Shown here one piece after another: positions 1-9,488 of a stretch of 64,000 bases of DNA. Numbering within the stretch: the first letter of the stretch is position 1; each line of letters starts with the position of its first letter. The stretch spans positions 1 to 64,000 of the forward strand of contig JAYEKO010000061.1 in the NCBI GenBank assembly GCA_034661055.1. Direction: 5' to 3'. A program made the position numbers and the translations under genes. The notes beneath the pieces are model-generated. The model did no database searches. It saw nothing but the letters and a program-made list of their open reading frames with translations, and was not told the DNA's origin. Origin of the DNA: Campylobacterota bacterium (lineage in GTDB: Bacteria > Campylobacterota > Campylobacteria > Campylobacterales > Sulfurimonadaceae).

Positions 1-104
1 ACATCGGCATCAATAGAAACGAACTTATGTTCAATATCAGACTTATTATTACACCCTAAAAAGATAACCGCTAGTAAACTTAGAAATAAAAACTTAAATT
101 TCAC
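1..104 (-). CDS. Putative lipoprotein, 5' part only (runs off the left edge; not in the ORF track)
   Basis: Manual translation from GTG at 104: MKFKFLFLSLLAVIFLGCNNKSDIEHKFVSIDAD, with basic N-terminus, hydrophobic core and FLG-C lipobox. The start overlaps the stop of the upstream gene (94). Confidence 0.7.
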   Translation of the reverse strand, partial: MKFKFLFLSLLAVIFLGCNNKSDIEHKFVSIDAD

Positions 105-852
105 TATTTTTCTCTATGTTAAATTTATCTAAAAGTTTTTTAGTTATATCTTTAGTAATCTTTTTTTCTAAATCACGACGAACAGCTTTTTTAACATTTT
201 CATATAATTCAATATGTCCTTTTTCTATATTAACTACCTCTAAAATAATATAATTTTTAAAAAACTTTTCAGGTGGAACTAAGTAGCCAAAACTTGTTTC
301 ATCTTTCAATAAATTTAATAATTCTGGATGTAGTTGATTAATTGACATTTTTTCATTTGTTGATGTAATATTATTATCTGAAACAATAGTTTTATTCTTT
401 GATAGATCATTTTTTTGGTAAAATTCTAGTGCTTTATTAAATGTAGAAAATGTATATACATTAAATTCTATTTCAGATGTTTTATAATAGTTGTCTTTAT
501 TATCCTTGTAATATGAGAGTAAAATATCATCACTAATATTTACAGCATTTTTAGCCTCTTTAATTCGCATTTCTCTAAGTTTTTCTTCTAACATTAATTT
601 AAATTCATTAGCTATGTCTTCTGATATATCAAACTGCATTAAATAATCATCTGCTAATACTCTATTTTCTAAAATAGCTTTTTTAGCTTGCACTTGATTG
701 ATTTTAATACCTCTTTTTTTTAAAATAATACTAAAATGCTTAACTTCTTGTGGAGTTACTTCTAAGATTGTACTTTTGGTATATGAGATATTAAGCCCAT
801 AAAGTGATGATATTAAAATCATCGAAGCAAATCCAAATTTAAGTAAAAACAT
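94..852 (-). CDS. Exported PpiC/SurA/PrsA-like peptidyl-prolyl isomerase or foldase (degenerate)
   Basis: N-terminal signal-like segment. Motifs ISDDILLSYYKDNKDNY and GYLVPP..NYIILEV....YENVKKAVRRDL resemble the flanks of a PpiC-type rotamase domain. Confidence 0.6.
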   Translation of the reverse strand: MFLLKFGFASMILISSLYGLNISYTKSTILEVTPQEVKHFSIILKKRGIKINQVQAKKAILENRVLADDYLMQFDISEDIANEFKLMLEEKLREMRIKEAKNAVNISDDILLSYYKDNKDNYYKTSEIEFNVYTFSTFNKALEFYQKNDLSKNKTIVSDNNITSTNEKMSINQLHPELLNLLKDETSFGYLVPPEKFFKNYIILEVVNIEKGHIELYENVKKAVRRDLEKKITKDITKKLLDKFNIEKNSEI

Positions 853-882
853 ATATTTTCCTGATTTAAATATTTATTGAAG

Positions 883-905
883 TATAGAGCCATAATGGCT
901 CTATA
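883..905 (-). terminator. Perfect inverted repeat after the lipoprotein stop (terminator or stabilising hairpin)
   Basis: TATAGAGCCAT-A-ATGGCTCTATA, 9 nt after the stop at 915; weak U tract. Confidence 0.5.
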
Positions 906-914
906 TAGTAGTTA

Positions 915-2291
915 TTATGGGCTGGGTGGAGTTATAGTGTCCACTGAAACTTCTGGCTCTTCATCAGCTTCTGGCTCTTCATCAGCTTCTGGCTCTTCAT
1001 CAGCTTCTGGCTCTTCATCAGCTTCTGGCTCTTCATCAGCTTCTGGCTCTTCATCAGCTTCTGGCTCTTCATCAGCTTCTGGCTCAGTACAATCTTGTCC
1101 TGGAAGACAGTCAGTTGCTACACCTTCATCAGGAGTGTCAGATGACTCAGTACAGTCTTGTCCTGGAAGACAGTCATCAGCTGGAGCTTCAGGTGCAGGC
1201 GGTGTTGTTTGATCTCCACCATCAGCTGGTGCAAATGCGCCAGTCAATTCAATCATTTTTGGTGCTGCTGCTGCATCTACTTCTGCAGGAGTAGTAGCTG
1301 CATCAATTGCTGCAAATGTTGCTGCAAGAGGATCTTCAACTGGTGGCTCTGGCTCTGGCTCTGGATCTGGATCTGGATCAGGATCAGGATCTGGTGTTTC
1401 ACCTGGGCCAGGAGGAGTTATTGTGTCACTAGGGTCGTCAACTGGATCTGGATCTGGTTCACTTGGTTCTGGTTCACTTGGTTCTGGTTCACTTGGTTCT
1501 GCTTCACCTGGACCTGGAGGAGTTATTGTAGCACGTAACGCCACTGCTGGACTAGGAGGTGTTATTGTATTACCAGCTGCAGGCTCATCAGCTGCAGGCT
1601 CATCAGCTGCAGGCTCATCAGCTGCAGGCTCATCAGCTGCAGGCTCATCAGCTGCAGGCTCATCAGCTGCAGGCTCAGTACAGTCTTGCCCCGGAAGACA
1701 ATCTGTTGCTACAGGCTCATCGGCTGCAGGTTCATCAGCTGCAGGTTCATCAGCTATAGGAGTAGACATATCAACATCTGATGCAATTTCAAGTGCTGCT
1801 TTCGCCGCTGCTTTATAAATTGCTAAATCAGCTGTTACAACATCAACATCAGTTGTTGTTAAATCGATACTATATCTTGAATTAATATCATCAAGAGTCA
1901 TACCGTTTGCTTCTAAAGTAGTGAACGGGTTAATATTAGTATAACCAGCTGCTGCTTTCATATCGATTGCATTTGCATCACCAGCATCTGCTACACCATT
2001 ACTATTAAGGTCATTAGCACCACCAGTTGACGCTAAGTCACCTTCTGGTGTATCTGCCCAACTATATGTTGCACCGTCCATTGTTTCGAACTCTGTACCA
2101 CCTTTAGTAACCATTGCTTCATATACATAAGCATCTGATACTGTAACAGTTAGAGGTACTTCCACTGGTGGTTCTATTGGTGGTTCTATTGGTGGTGTCG
2201 TTCCACCACTACTACTGCTACTACCACAACCTACGAATGTCGCTGCTAATAACGATGCTGCTACTAGACTTAAAATTTGTTTCTTTGCCAT
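915..2291 (-). CDS. Acidic, Pro-rich, low-complexity surface lipoprotein
   Basis: Signal peptide with FVG-C lipobox and Ser linker. About 130-aa globular N-domain, then EPAAD, EPSEP, DP/EP and EPEADE repeats, 3x DCLPGQDCTE and 4x TITPP. AGGA RBS and TATAAT upstream. Confidence 0.85.
   Translation of the reverse strand: MAKKQILSLVAASLLAATFVGCGSSSSSGGTTPPIEPPIEPPVEVPLTVTVSDAYVYEAMVTKGGTEFETMDGATYSWADTPEGDLASTGGANDLNSNGVADAGDANAIDMKAAAGYTNINPFTTLEANGMTLDDINSRYSIDLTTTDVDVVTADLAIYKAAAKAALEIASDVDMSTPIADEPAADEPAADEPVATDCLPGQDCTEPAADEPAADEPAADEPAADEPAADEPAADEPAAGNTITPPSPAVALRATITPPGPGEAEPSEPEPSEPEPSEPDPDPVDDPSDTITPPGPGETPDPDPDPDPDPEPEPEPPVEDPLAATFAAIDAATTPAEVDAAAAPKMIELTGAFAPADGGDQTTPPAPEAPADDCLPGQDCTESSDTPDEGVATDCLPGQDCTEPEADEEPEADEEPEADEEPEADEEPEADEEPEADEEPEADEEPEVSVDTITPPSP
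950..1085. repeat. 18-bp tandem repeat (CTTCTGGCTCTTCATCAG) x7.5, encodes EPEADE
   Basis: Exact head-to-tail copies read directly. Confidence 0.95.
1574..1677. repeat. 15-bp tandem repeat (CAGCTGCAGGCTCAT) x about 7, encodes EPAAD
   Basis: Exact head-to-tail copies; further degenerate copies at about 1711-1755. Confidence 0.95.
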
Positions 2292-2346
2292 AAAAATTCC
2301 TTTTTGTGAAATCTATAGCTGACTGGCCAATCAACTAAACTGAGAA

Positions 2347-2352
2347 ATTATA
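2347..2352 (-). promoter_or_regulatory. Putative sigma70 -10 box (TATAAT) for the repeat lipoprotein gene
   Basis: ATTATA on plus is TATAAT on minus, about 55 nt upstream of ATG 2291. Confidence 0.5.
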
Positions 2353-2385
2353 CATATATATTGTTAACATTAGATTAATTTCAGG

Positions 2386-2955
2386 TTAATTAGAGATTTC
2401 TATTAATATTGGTTCTTTTAATAGTTTACTTTTAGTATAAATGAGATTTTTACTTAGCTGTTTTTGTACCGTTGACGTATTATTTTCTTCAGTTGTATTT
2501 ATGTCGCTAGCATTATTCTCTACACTCGTTGTGTAAAAATTAAAAGCAGCAACCTCCCCTAACAGCTCATCTACTAACACAAAGTTCTCACTTTCATAGT
2601 TAACAGGCAGTTTAATCTCCCTTGCCGACTCCAAGCGCGTTAAAACATTTGTCTTAGCATTAACATAATAAGTCACATACGGTGCAGCAATGTCATAAAT
2701 GGAGTTTTGTGTCTGCATCTCAAGAATATTAAAGTGTTTATCTTTTGTTTCAAGCGATTTAATATCTACAGACTCAATAACATCTCTGTACATTAATTCA
2801 AAAAGATCCATACGTTGCACTTCAGCTTTAGAGTGCTTACTTAGTGTATCGTTTGAGAGTTTACTCGAAGCTATAGCTCCAAATAGAAACAGTGTAATAA
2901 GAACAATTAAAACAATGGAAACCATTAACTCCATTAAAGTAAATGCCTTTCTCAT
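2386..2955 (-). CDS. T2SS minor pseudopilin, GspJ-like
   Basis: Prepilin N-terminus MRKA|FTLMEL with hydrophobic helix; length and position after the GspI-like gene. Confidence 0.75.
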   Translation of the reverse strand: MRKAFTLMELMVSIVLIVLITLFLFGAIASSKLSNDTLSKHSKAEVQRMDLFELMYRDVIESVDIKSLETKDKHFNILEMQTQNSIYDIAAPYVTYYVNAKTNVLTRLESAREIKLPVNYESENFVLVDELLGEVAAFNFYTTSVENNASDINTTEENNTSTVQKQLSKNLIYTKSKLLKEPILIEISN

Positions 2956-3407
2956 TCAACTAGCCTAGCAGTTAAAACAGCATTTTGTCCCTGCTCAGTT
3001 TTAGCAATAATCTGTATGAGTTCAAATTGAATAATGGGAGCCGAAGCATCACTCTCTTCACTTATGTAATCACTCTCGCTATCATCTGATTCTGCTTCAT
3101 CAAACTTTATGGTTTCAATAAGTTGTTCATTGTAATCTATTTTATAATCTTTTAAATATTTACGCAGATCATCATTTTTAATGTCGTAAGTTCTATCTAA
3201 AATGTCGTAAAGAGATTTTGTACTTCTGTTGTATTTTTTATCGCTATGAAGAGCAATGAGAGAGACCGGTTCGCTATTGCTTGAGCGGTATTGAATCTGT
3301 TTAAATAGATGGGTGTTATTTGAGTTCATCTGAAGCAGTGCCATGCCGGCAATGGAGGCAATAACTGTTGCTACCAATACTTCAATTAGAGTAAACCCAC
3401 TTTTCAT
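2952..3407 (-). CDS. T2SS minor pseudopilin, GspI-like
   Basis: MKSG|FTLIEVLVA prepilin motif; T2SS context. Confidence 0.75.
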   Translation of the reverse strand: MKSGFTLIEVLVATVIASIAGMALLQMNSNNTHLFKQIQYRSSNSEPVSLIALHSDKKYNRSTKSLYDILDRTYDIKNDDLRKYLKDYKIDYNEQLIETIKFDEAESDDSESDYISEESDASAPIIQFELIQIIAKTEQGQNAVLTARLVE

Positions 3408-4922
3408 TTACGCGTCTTTAACCCCAACACGAATAATCTCATGCAGTGAGGTAGTACCATCTAAAAGTAGTTTTTTCAGCTGTGACGAGAGTGGTGTCAT
3501 TCCCGCTTCTATGGCATGATTACGAATAACATAATCACTTACATTGTCTTTTAACATACTTCTAAAGTTGTCATCAAGGACAAAAAACTCGCCAATAGCA
3601 CGACGTCCGACATAGCCTGTATAATTACATGTAGAACAGCCTGAAGATTTATATATTTTTGCATTTTCAGGCAAGTCAAACTCTTTTGAGAACTCTTCAG
3701 CTAGATGGTCTTCTTGTTTGCACTCATTGCAGAGTTTTCTTACTAGTCGTTGCGCTAACACTCCTAAAAGTGATGAACCAATTAAAAACTGCTCTATTCC
3801 CATATCTACAAGTCTTGTAATTGAGGCGGTAGCGTTATTGGTATGTAGTGTTGAGAATACCAAGTGACCTGTAAGTGCCGCTTGAATAGCAATTTCTGCT
3901 GTTTCGGTATCACGAATCTCACCAATCATGACTACATCAGGGTCTTGACGTAAAATGGAACGTAATCCTGAAGCAAAGGTAAGTCCCGCTTTAGCATTGG
4001 TCTGAATTTGGTTAATATTGTCAGCTTTATACTCTACCGGATCTTCAACGGTAATAACATTAATGTCAGGTTTAGCAACTTCTTGCAAAAAAGCATGAAG
4101 CGTTGTTGACTTACCACTACCCGTTGGCCCTGTTACTAAAATAATTCCGTGTGAATGCTTTAGTAGTTCATCAAGTTTACCTGTCAATTCTGAATCAAAA
4201 CCGAGTTCTTCCATATGAGGGATGTCATCAGACTGCATTAGCATCCGCATTACAACACGCTCTCCATAATACGTTGGTAAAATAGAGACACGAACATCAA
4301 GCGTATTTCCTGCTATTTTTACTTGCGTTCTACCATCTTGTGGAATCCGTTTTTCAGAGATGTCAAGATTTGATATGACTTTAATACGGCTAATAATCAA
4401 GTTGGCAATCTTGTTGTCAATGTCAGTATTTTTAATGAGAGCACCATCAATACGAAAACGGACTTCACTACGCTTTTCATGCACTTCAATGTGAATATCT
4501 GAAGCACGTCGCTTAATTGCCTGATAAAAGAGCGCATTAACAAATTTAATAACAGGTGCAGACTCCTCACTTGTAAGTAGGTCTGAACTGTTTCTTAAAA
4601 ACTCTGAGAGTGAGATGTCGTCATCTTCAATATCATCTTGACCCTGCTCTAGGCTACCAAGCTCACTATCAGTTCTAATCTCTAAAAACTTATTGTAAAG
4701 TCTGTCATATGAGTCTTCATCTGCAATAATTAGTGGGTAGGTAAAGTCCTGTTTTGCCAAATAGTCAAAAGCTTCTGAGAGATACTTCTGCGATAAAATT
4801 ACATGTATTTTCTCATCAACCTCTGAAAAGAGTGCATAATTTTTTGTAGAAATGTTAATATCTACAGAGTCAGGCTGTATAGGCTTTAAATCGACATTCT
4901 CAATGGAAGGTATATTTAACAT
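3408..4922 (-). CDS. gspE: Type II secretion ATPase GspE
   Basis: ASDIHIE, Walker A GPTGSGKST, EDPVEY, LRQDPDVVMIGEIRD, GHLVFSTLHTN, and tetracysteine CNEC..CSTC. Confidence 0.95.
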   Translation of the reverse strand: MLNIPSIENVDLKPIQPDSVDINISTKNYALFSEVDEKIHVILSQKYLSEAFDYLAKQDFTYPLIIADEDSYDRLYNKFLEIRTDSELGSLEQGQDDIEDDDISLSEFLRNSSDLLTSEESAPVIKFVNALFYQAIKRRASDIHIEVHEKRSEVRFRIDGALIKNTDIDNKIANLIISRIKVISNLDISEKRIPQDGRTQVKIAGNTLDVRVSILPTYYGERVVMRMLMQSDDIPHMEELGFDSELTGKLDELLKHSHGIILVTGPTGSGKSTTLHAFLQEVAKPDINVITVEDPVEYKADNINQIQTNAKAGLTFASGLRSILRQDPDVVMIGEIRDTETAEIAIQAALTGHLVFSTLHTNNATASITRLVDMGIEQFLIGSSLLGVLAQRLVRKLCNECKQEDHLAEEFSKEFDLPENAKIYKSSGCSTCNYTGYVGRRAIGEFFVLDDNFRSMLKDNVSDYVIRNHAIEAGMTPLSSQLKKLLLDGTTSLHEIIRVGVKDA

Positions 4923-6845
4923 CTACTTACCCTGTAGCAATAAATTTAACTCTTCTGTGCTCTCTTCTTTTTTCACTTTAGAAGCAGCACTCTGCTCTTC
5001 TTTAGACGCTCTATCTTCCATTTTTTCAAGTCTATTGTCAAGTTCTCTCTTAATAAGCATTTTATAATCATCTTGAATTTTATCAAGCTTTGATAACATT
5101 TTTCTAAGACGTGGCATATCGCTGTTCTCTCTTACAATATAAGGTGTTAAGATAATGACAAGATTAATCTCTTCATCAGCATTATTACTCCAAGTAAATA
5201 GCTCCCCTAGCCATGGAATACTTCTAAGTCCTGGAATTCCCTGCTCTTCATTTTTATCTTTATTATGAATCAACCCACCTATAATAACACTCTCCCCATC
5301 ATTAACAATGGCCGTTGTAAGCACTTCTCGCTTAATAGTACTTGGAAGACCAACAACACTACTGTTAGATACATCTTCTAGTTTTGTTGTAGTTATTAGT
5401 GTTACTTTATTTCCTGAAGAGAGGCGTGGTTTAATTTTAAGTGTTAGCCCTATATCTTCACGGGTATAGGTATTACGTGCAATATCAGTTGTCTGATTTC
5501 CCTGAGCTGAACTTGCAATAACCGGTTCTGTCTTACCTACATAAATAGATGATTCTTGATTATTTACACAAAGCAGTGTTGGCTCAGAAAGTCTTTTTGC
5601 AGCACCCTCACCTTCAAGAAAATCTATAGTAGCTCCAAAGGCAATACCAGAGTCATAACTTCCGGTATTAATACCCAAACTACCAGGATTAAAAGCGAGT
5701 GGAGATCCGCCAAGATTTGCTGCAAAAGTAAATAGACCTGCTTCTGTTGCTGCACCACCAGCTAGACCATACTTCACACCAATCTGTTGACTTCTATTCT
5801 CATTTAACTCAACAATTCTTGCTCGTACAAAGACTTGAGGCTTAACAACATCAAGAATTTTTATCATCTCTTTAATATCGTTAATATCTGCTTCGCTTGC
5901 AGAAACTACAATAGCATTAAGCTCATCATAGACACTTACCATTGGCTTTTCAGCCTCTTTAGCGTACTTTTTCTTATCTAAAATTGCGGTTAAACTTTTA
6001 ACTACATTCTCTGCTTCTGAGTTTTCAAGTGGAAGCACCGTTAAGCGGTGTGAAAAGGAGTTATCTTTTGCATCAAGTCGCTCAACAATTGGCTTTAACA
6101 GCTCAATATTTTTTTTCGATGCCATCAAAATAATAGAGTTTGTTGCGTCATCACTTAAAATATCTACCTTATTAGAGACAACTTTTTGATTAATAATATT
6201 TTTTGCAATAGTTCCAATAGATGCTGCTATGCGTGATGCCTTAGCATTTTTAAGCTCTATGAACTCTACTTGCTTGTTTGTTTTTGATTGCGATTCAATT
6301 TTTGCAACAACCTTTTTAATTACCACTATATTATCAGGGTAATCACTCACAATCATGGTATTGGTCTCTTTAATGGTTAAAAGTTTTCCACCCTCAGAGA
6401 GAAACTGACGCACTTTAGCAGCTAAAATATCTACATTCTCATTTACTACTTCAATAAACTGCGTTCGCATTAGAGAGTCTTTAGAAAAACCGATTGGCAG
6501 ATTCTTTTTCACGGCAACATTTGCTCGTTCAACTTTAAGAAAACTTCCATCTTGAATGATAGTGAAACCTTTTTTACCCAAAACTGTAATTAAGATATCC
6601 ATCAATTCATCTTTATAAATCGGTGCGCTAGAGACAAAATTTAGTGTTCCAGGAACTGGTTGTGATAAAAGAATATTTTTATTAACTACTTTCCCAACCA
6701 TTTTAATAAAGTCTTCAATCTTAACATCTTGAAGTTTAAGATTAACACGCTCTCTTGGAGCTTTGTTCGCTTTTGCTAGCAGTGCCGGCTCTAAGATTAA
6801 TAGGGCTAAAAAACCGATGGTTAAAAGCTTATTCATAAATTTCAT
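4923..6845 (-). CDS. gspD: Type II secretion secretin GspD
   Basis: Signal peptide, N0-N3 repeats, QVFVRARIVE, DIGLTLKIKP, VNDGESVIIGGL and GIPGLRSIPWLGELF secretin motifs. Confidence 0.93.
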   Translation of the reverse strand: MKFMNKLLTIGFLALLILEPALLAKANKAPRERVNLKLQDVKIEDFIKMVGKVVNKNILLSQPVPGTLNFVSSAPIYKDELMDILITVLGKKGFTIIQDGSFLKVERANVAVKKNLPIGFSKDSLMRTQFIEVVNENVDILAAKVRQFLSEGGKLLTIKETNTMIVSDYPDNIVVIKKVVAKIESQSKTNKQVEFIELKNAKASRIAASIGTIAKNIINQKVVSNKVDILSDDATNSIILMASKKNIELLKPIVERLDAKDNSFSHRLTVLPLENSEAENVVKSLTAILDKKKYAKEAEKPMVSVYDELNAIVVSASEADINDIKEMIKILDVVKPQVFVRARIVELNENRSQQIGVKYGLAGGAATEAGLFTFAANLGGSPLAFNPGSLGINTGSYDSGIAFGATIDFLEGEGAAKRLSEPTLLCVNNQESSIYVGKTEPVIASSAQGNQTTDIARNTYTREDIGLTLKIKPRLSSGNKVTLITTTKLEDVSNSSVVGLPSTIKREVLTTAIVNDGESVIIGGLIHNKDKNEEQGIPGLRSIPWLGELFTWSNNADEEINLVIILTPYIVRENSDMPRLRKMLSKLDKIQDDYKMLIKRELDNRLEKMEDRASKEEQSAASKVKKEESTEELNLLLQGK

Positions 6846-7620
6846 ATTCTAATTCCTTTTCTTCATTTCCACGTTTTACATGTAATTTTAAACTGTCGAG
6901 CTTGTCCATGTTGTTATAGAGTTTAAATACCTGAGATACTGACTTAAACTCTCTATTATTAGCACCAGTTATGATGTCATTTTTTTGAAGTCCCAGCTGG
7001 CCAAAAACAGACTTTTTATCGACACGCAACACTCTAAAACCTTTAAGCCGCTTATTCTCAATAATCTCTTTAATTTTAATGCTTTTAAAGATAGCATTTG
7101 GATTTTTAGAGTATTTTTTAAGCTCATTGCGTTTAATAAAGACTGCCCCGCCATCTGTTACAATTTCGGGTTCTATCTCTTTAATAGAAGCATTCTTAAA
7201 CTTCTCTTCTTTAAACTTCAGCTCATAATTTTTACCAGATTTTTCAAATACAGCGCGATCACTGTGAACCTCTTTTAACTTATAGCCCTTAAACTGCTCA
7301 CCAATAGAGACTAAGGTGACTTTTTTAGCATCCTCTACTGCAATAAATGGGGAGTCTGTATCTGCATACAGTCCCTTAAGTATTAAGTTTTTCAACGCAT
7401 AGACCGGCTCTGTTTTTTTAACAGCTTTTTTCTTAACTATGTTCAACATCGTTGAAGGGCGATAATTGCTGTAAATATCTCTCTCTTGATAAGATGCAAC
7501 ACTAACCCCCTCATGAGGTAAAAAGAACGATACGGCTAAAGAGAGTGCCTTTGCAACGGCTGCAAGAATCAAAACAACAAACAGCTTGTGCATCATGGCA
7601 CTATTAATAAATTGTTTCAT
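6829..7620 (-). CDS. gspC: Type II secretion protein GspC (HR + PDZ)
   Basis: N-terminal TM, HR-like LILKG...GYKLKEVHSDRAVFE, and C-terminal PDZ-like GFRV...LGLQKNDIITGAN; lies directly upstream of gspD. Confidence 0.8.
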   Translation of the reverse strand: MKQFINSAMMHKLFVVLILAAVAKALSLAVSFFLPHEGVSVASYQERDIYSNYRPSTMLNIVKKKAVKKTEPVYALKNLILKGLYADTDSPFIAVEDAKKVTLVSIGEQFKGYKLKEVHSDRAVFEKSGKNYELKFKEEKFKNASIKEIEPEIVTDGGAVFIKRNELKKYSKNPNAIFKSIKIKEIIENKRLKGFRVLRVDKKSVFGQLGLQKNDIITGANNREFKSVSQVFKLYNNMDKLDSLKLHVKRGNEEKELEYEIYE

Positions 7621-8134
7621 ACAGATACTCTCCTTCTGCTGATTTTTTTAACTTTTTAAGCCAAAATGGTGCCTCTTTTAGTAGGCTTGGTGAAGGTGAT
7701 ACATTTAATGAGATGTTTCTATCTTTTATATTAATTGTTCCGTACATATCTCCTGTATCGGCCATAACGCTTAAATGAAGTGTCATTGGAGTCACTACAT
7801 GATAAGTAAGATCTATGCTCTCAATATTTCCCTTAAGAAAACGACTCATGTCATCTGAGAGTGTAAAGTTTTTAACGTTAATCTTATTAAAAAGCAGTGC
7901 TGGCAGTACAGAGAACGTCTCAAATTTACCCACCTCTAAATCATCATAGTAAACTCTACCCTCTTCGGTTTTTAAACAGAAGCCTTTATCAAAAACTCTC
8001 TCCTGGGATATTGTTACATTTTTTTTATCTAGCTCTGATTCTAGCAGATAGTAAAAGTATGTTTTTGGTGCAAAAAATATTAAAAACCCAAAAAACAGTA
8101 CAGTATATATAAAAATTGATTTTAGTCGTTTCAT
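7604..8134 (-). CDS. T2SS protein, GspN-like
   Basis: Single N-terminal TM ending in FFAP, beta-rich periplasmic part; position after the L/M-like genes. Confidence 0.5.
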   Translation of the reverse strand: MKRLKSIFIYTVLFFGFLIFFAPKTYFYYLLESELDKKNVTISQERVFDKGFCLKTEEGRVYYDDLEVGKFETFSVLPALLFNKINVKNFTLSDDMSRFLKGNIESIDLTYHVVTPMTLHLSVMADTGDMYGTINIKDRNISLNVSPSPSLLKEAPFWLKKLKKSAEGEYLYETIY

Positions 8135-8538
8135 AGTTCAATCTCCATAGCAATTGAGATTTTATCTTCAGCAACACGATCAATACTGATTTTTTTAATA
8201 ACAACATACTCATTGAGAATTTTGCTCATAAATTTATCGAGCGTTACTGCATTGAGATCTTTTAATGCAATTTTATAGAGATTTGATTTTTTCTCCTGTT
8301 TTGTCACACTCTTTTTAAATGTTCGATTATTTAAGAGTGCATCAATATTTTTTTTAGCTTGGGTTGGATTTTTCCAATGTTCTTTAAGTGAACTAATCTC
8401 CTGTCCTACCTTTTTAATAATCGAAATCTGCTGTGAGGCTTCCATTATTTTATTTTGCATTGTTATATTTTGAACAATCATAAGAAGCAGAACTAAAATG
8501 AAAAAAATTAAAATATATAGAGGATTGATTTTATTCAT
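8131..8538 (-). CDS. T2SS protein, GspM-like
   Basis: N-terminal TM, coiled coil, short C-terminal ferredoxin-like domain; follows the GspL-like gene. Confidence 0.55.
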   Translation of the reverse strand: MNKINPLYILIFFILVLLLMIVQNITMQNKIMEASQQISIIKKVGQEISSLKEHWKNPTQAKKNIDALLNNRTFKKSVTKQEKKSNLYKIALKDLNAVTLDKFMSKILNEYVVIKKISIDRVAEDKISIAMEIEL

Positions 8539-9488
8539 AACTTCACTCCCACATAAAAAGTATTATCAACTACTTTGGCACTATCTACTTTAAAGTTTTT
8601 GCTTAACTGTTTTTTTATTTTTTCTGCATTTTTTGGAGCATTGAGCACTATCTCATACTCAACAGTTTTTGTTTTCATCTCAAATTTTTTCACATACTCA
8701 CCTTTTTCCAAGCGAATTGAAAAAAGCTTTTTAACATTTTGACGAAGTTCAATCTGACGATTCTCTTTTGATGTAAGTGAACGTTTTAGACTATTTAGCT
8801 GGAATGAAGTCTCTGGTAGCTTATACTTCTGTGTTAATGCATACTGCTGCGTTAACTCATTTTTTAGATCATTTTTAAGCAGAAGATACGATGCCAAATA
8901 CAGAACAATAAAAACAATGCTCATTACGCTAAATCTAAAGATCCACTTCTCATCTAAAACACTGTTTTGAAAAAGGTTCAGACTAACCTTGTGCTTGGAA
9001 AAGTTTAAATCTCTACTCCACTGCTCAAGACTAAGCGTTTCATTGACGTAAGATATTGGCATTAGGCTTACGACACCATCACTATTTACTAAGGCCATAT
9101 TTTCATCAATTTTAATAGGGATAGATAGTGCCTCGCACTCATTTTGTGCAAAATAGAAGCCTTCGATTTGAGAAGGTTTTATATTTAAGTTTTTTAATTT
9201 TTGAGCAATCACTGCTTCATCATAAGCAAAGAGCCAAAACAGATCCTCTTTTTTTATGACCATATATTTGTAATTAGCTTCTGGTATTACACCATCAAAC
9301 TGCGACGCAGCCAAGCTTTGGGCTTGTGAAACATACTTAACAGGTAACTCAACACGCTTAAACCAATAATATGAAGGAGACAAGACAATATTTAGCCGCT
9401 CTTGTTCACCACCAGTAAAAGTACTGTTTTTATCAATAAAAAGCGTCTTAATACCCTTGGTATTTTTACGTTTAATTGGTAATTTCAA
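8535..9488 (-). CDS. T2SS protein, GspL-like
   Basis: Cytoplasmic N-domain (IVLSPSYYWFKRVELP), central TM and periplasmic C-domain; follows gspK. Confidence 0.6.
   Translation of the reverse strand: MKLPIKRKNTKGIKTLFIDKNSTFTGGEQERLNIVLSPSYYWFKRVELPVKYVSQAQSLAASQFDGVIPEANYKYMVIKKEDLFWLFAYDEAVIAQKLKNLNIKPSQIEGFYFAQNECEALSIPIKIDENMALVNSDGVVSLMPISYVNETLSLEQWSRDLNFSKHKVSLNLFQNSVLDEKWIFRFSVMSIVFIVLYLASYLLLKNDLKNELTQQYALTQKYKLPETSFQLNSLKRSLTSKENRQIELRQNVKKLFSIRLEKGEYVKKFEMKTKTVEYEIVLNAPKNAEKIKKQLSKNFKVDSAKVVDNTFYVGVKL

Noticed and set aside
950..1755. Tandem repeats as a CRISPR array
   Set aside because: Head-to-tail 15- and 18-bp units with no unique spacers, in frame within a CDS; no cas genes.
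877..1818. Plus-strand ORFs 877-1212, 1158-1538, 1423-1818 and 1559-1759 (Ser/Gly, Trp/Cys and LQAHQ repeats)
   Set aside because: Antisense or off-frame shadows of the tandem repeats in the minus-strand lipoprotein, which has a signal peptide, RBS and promoter.
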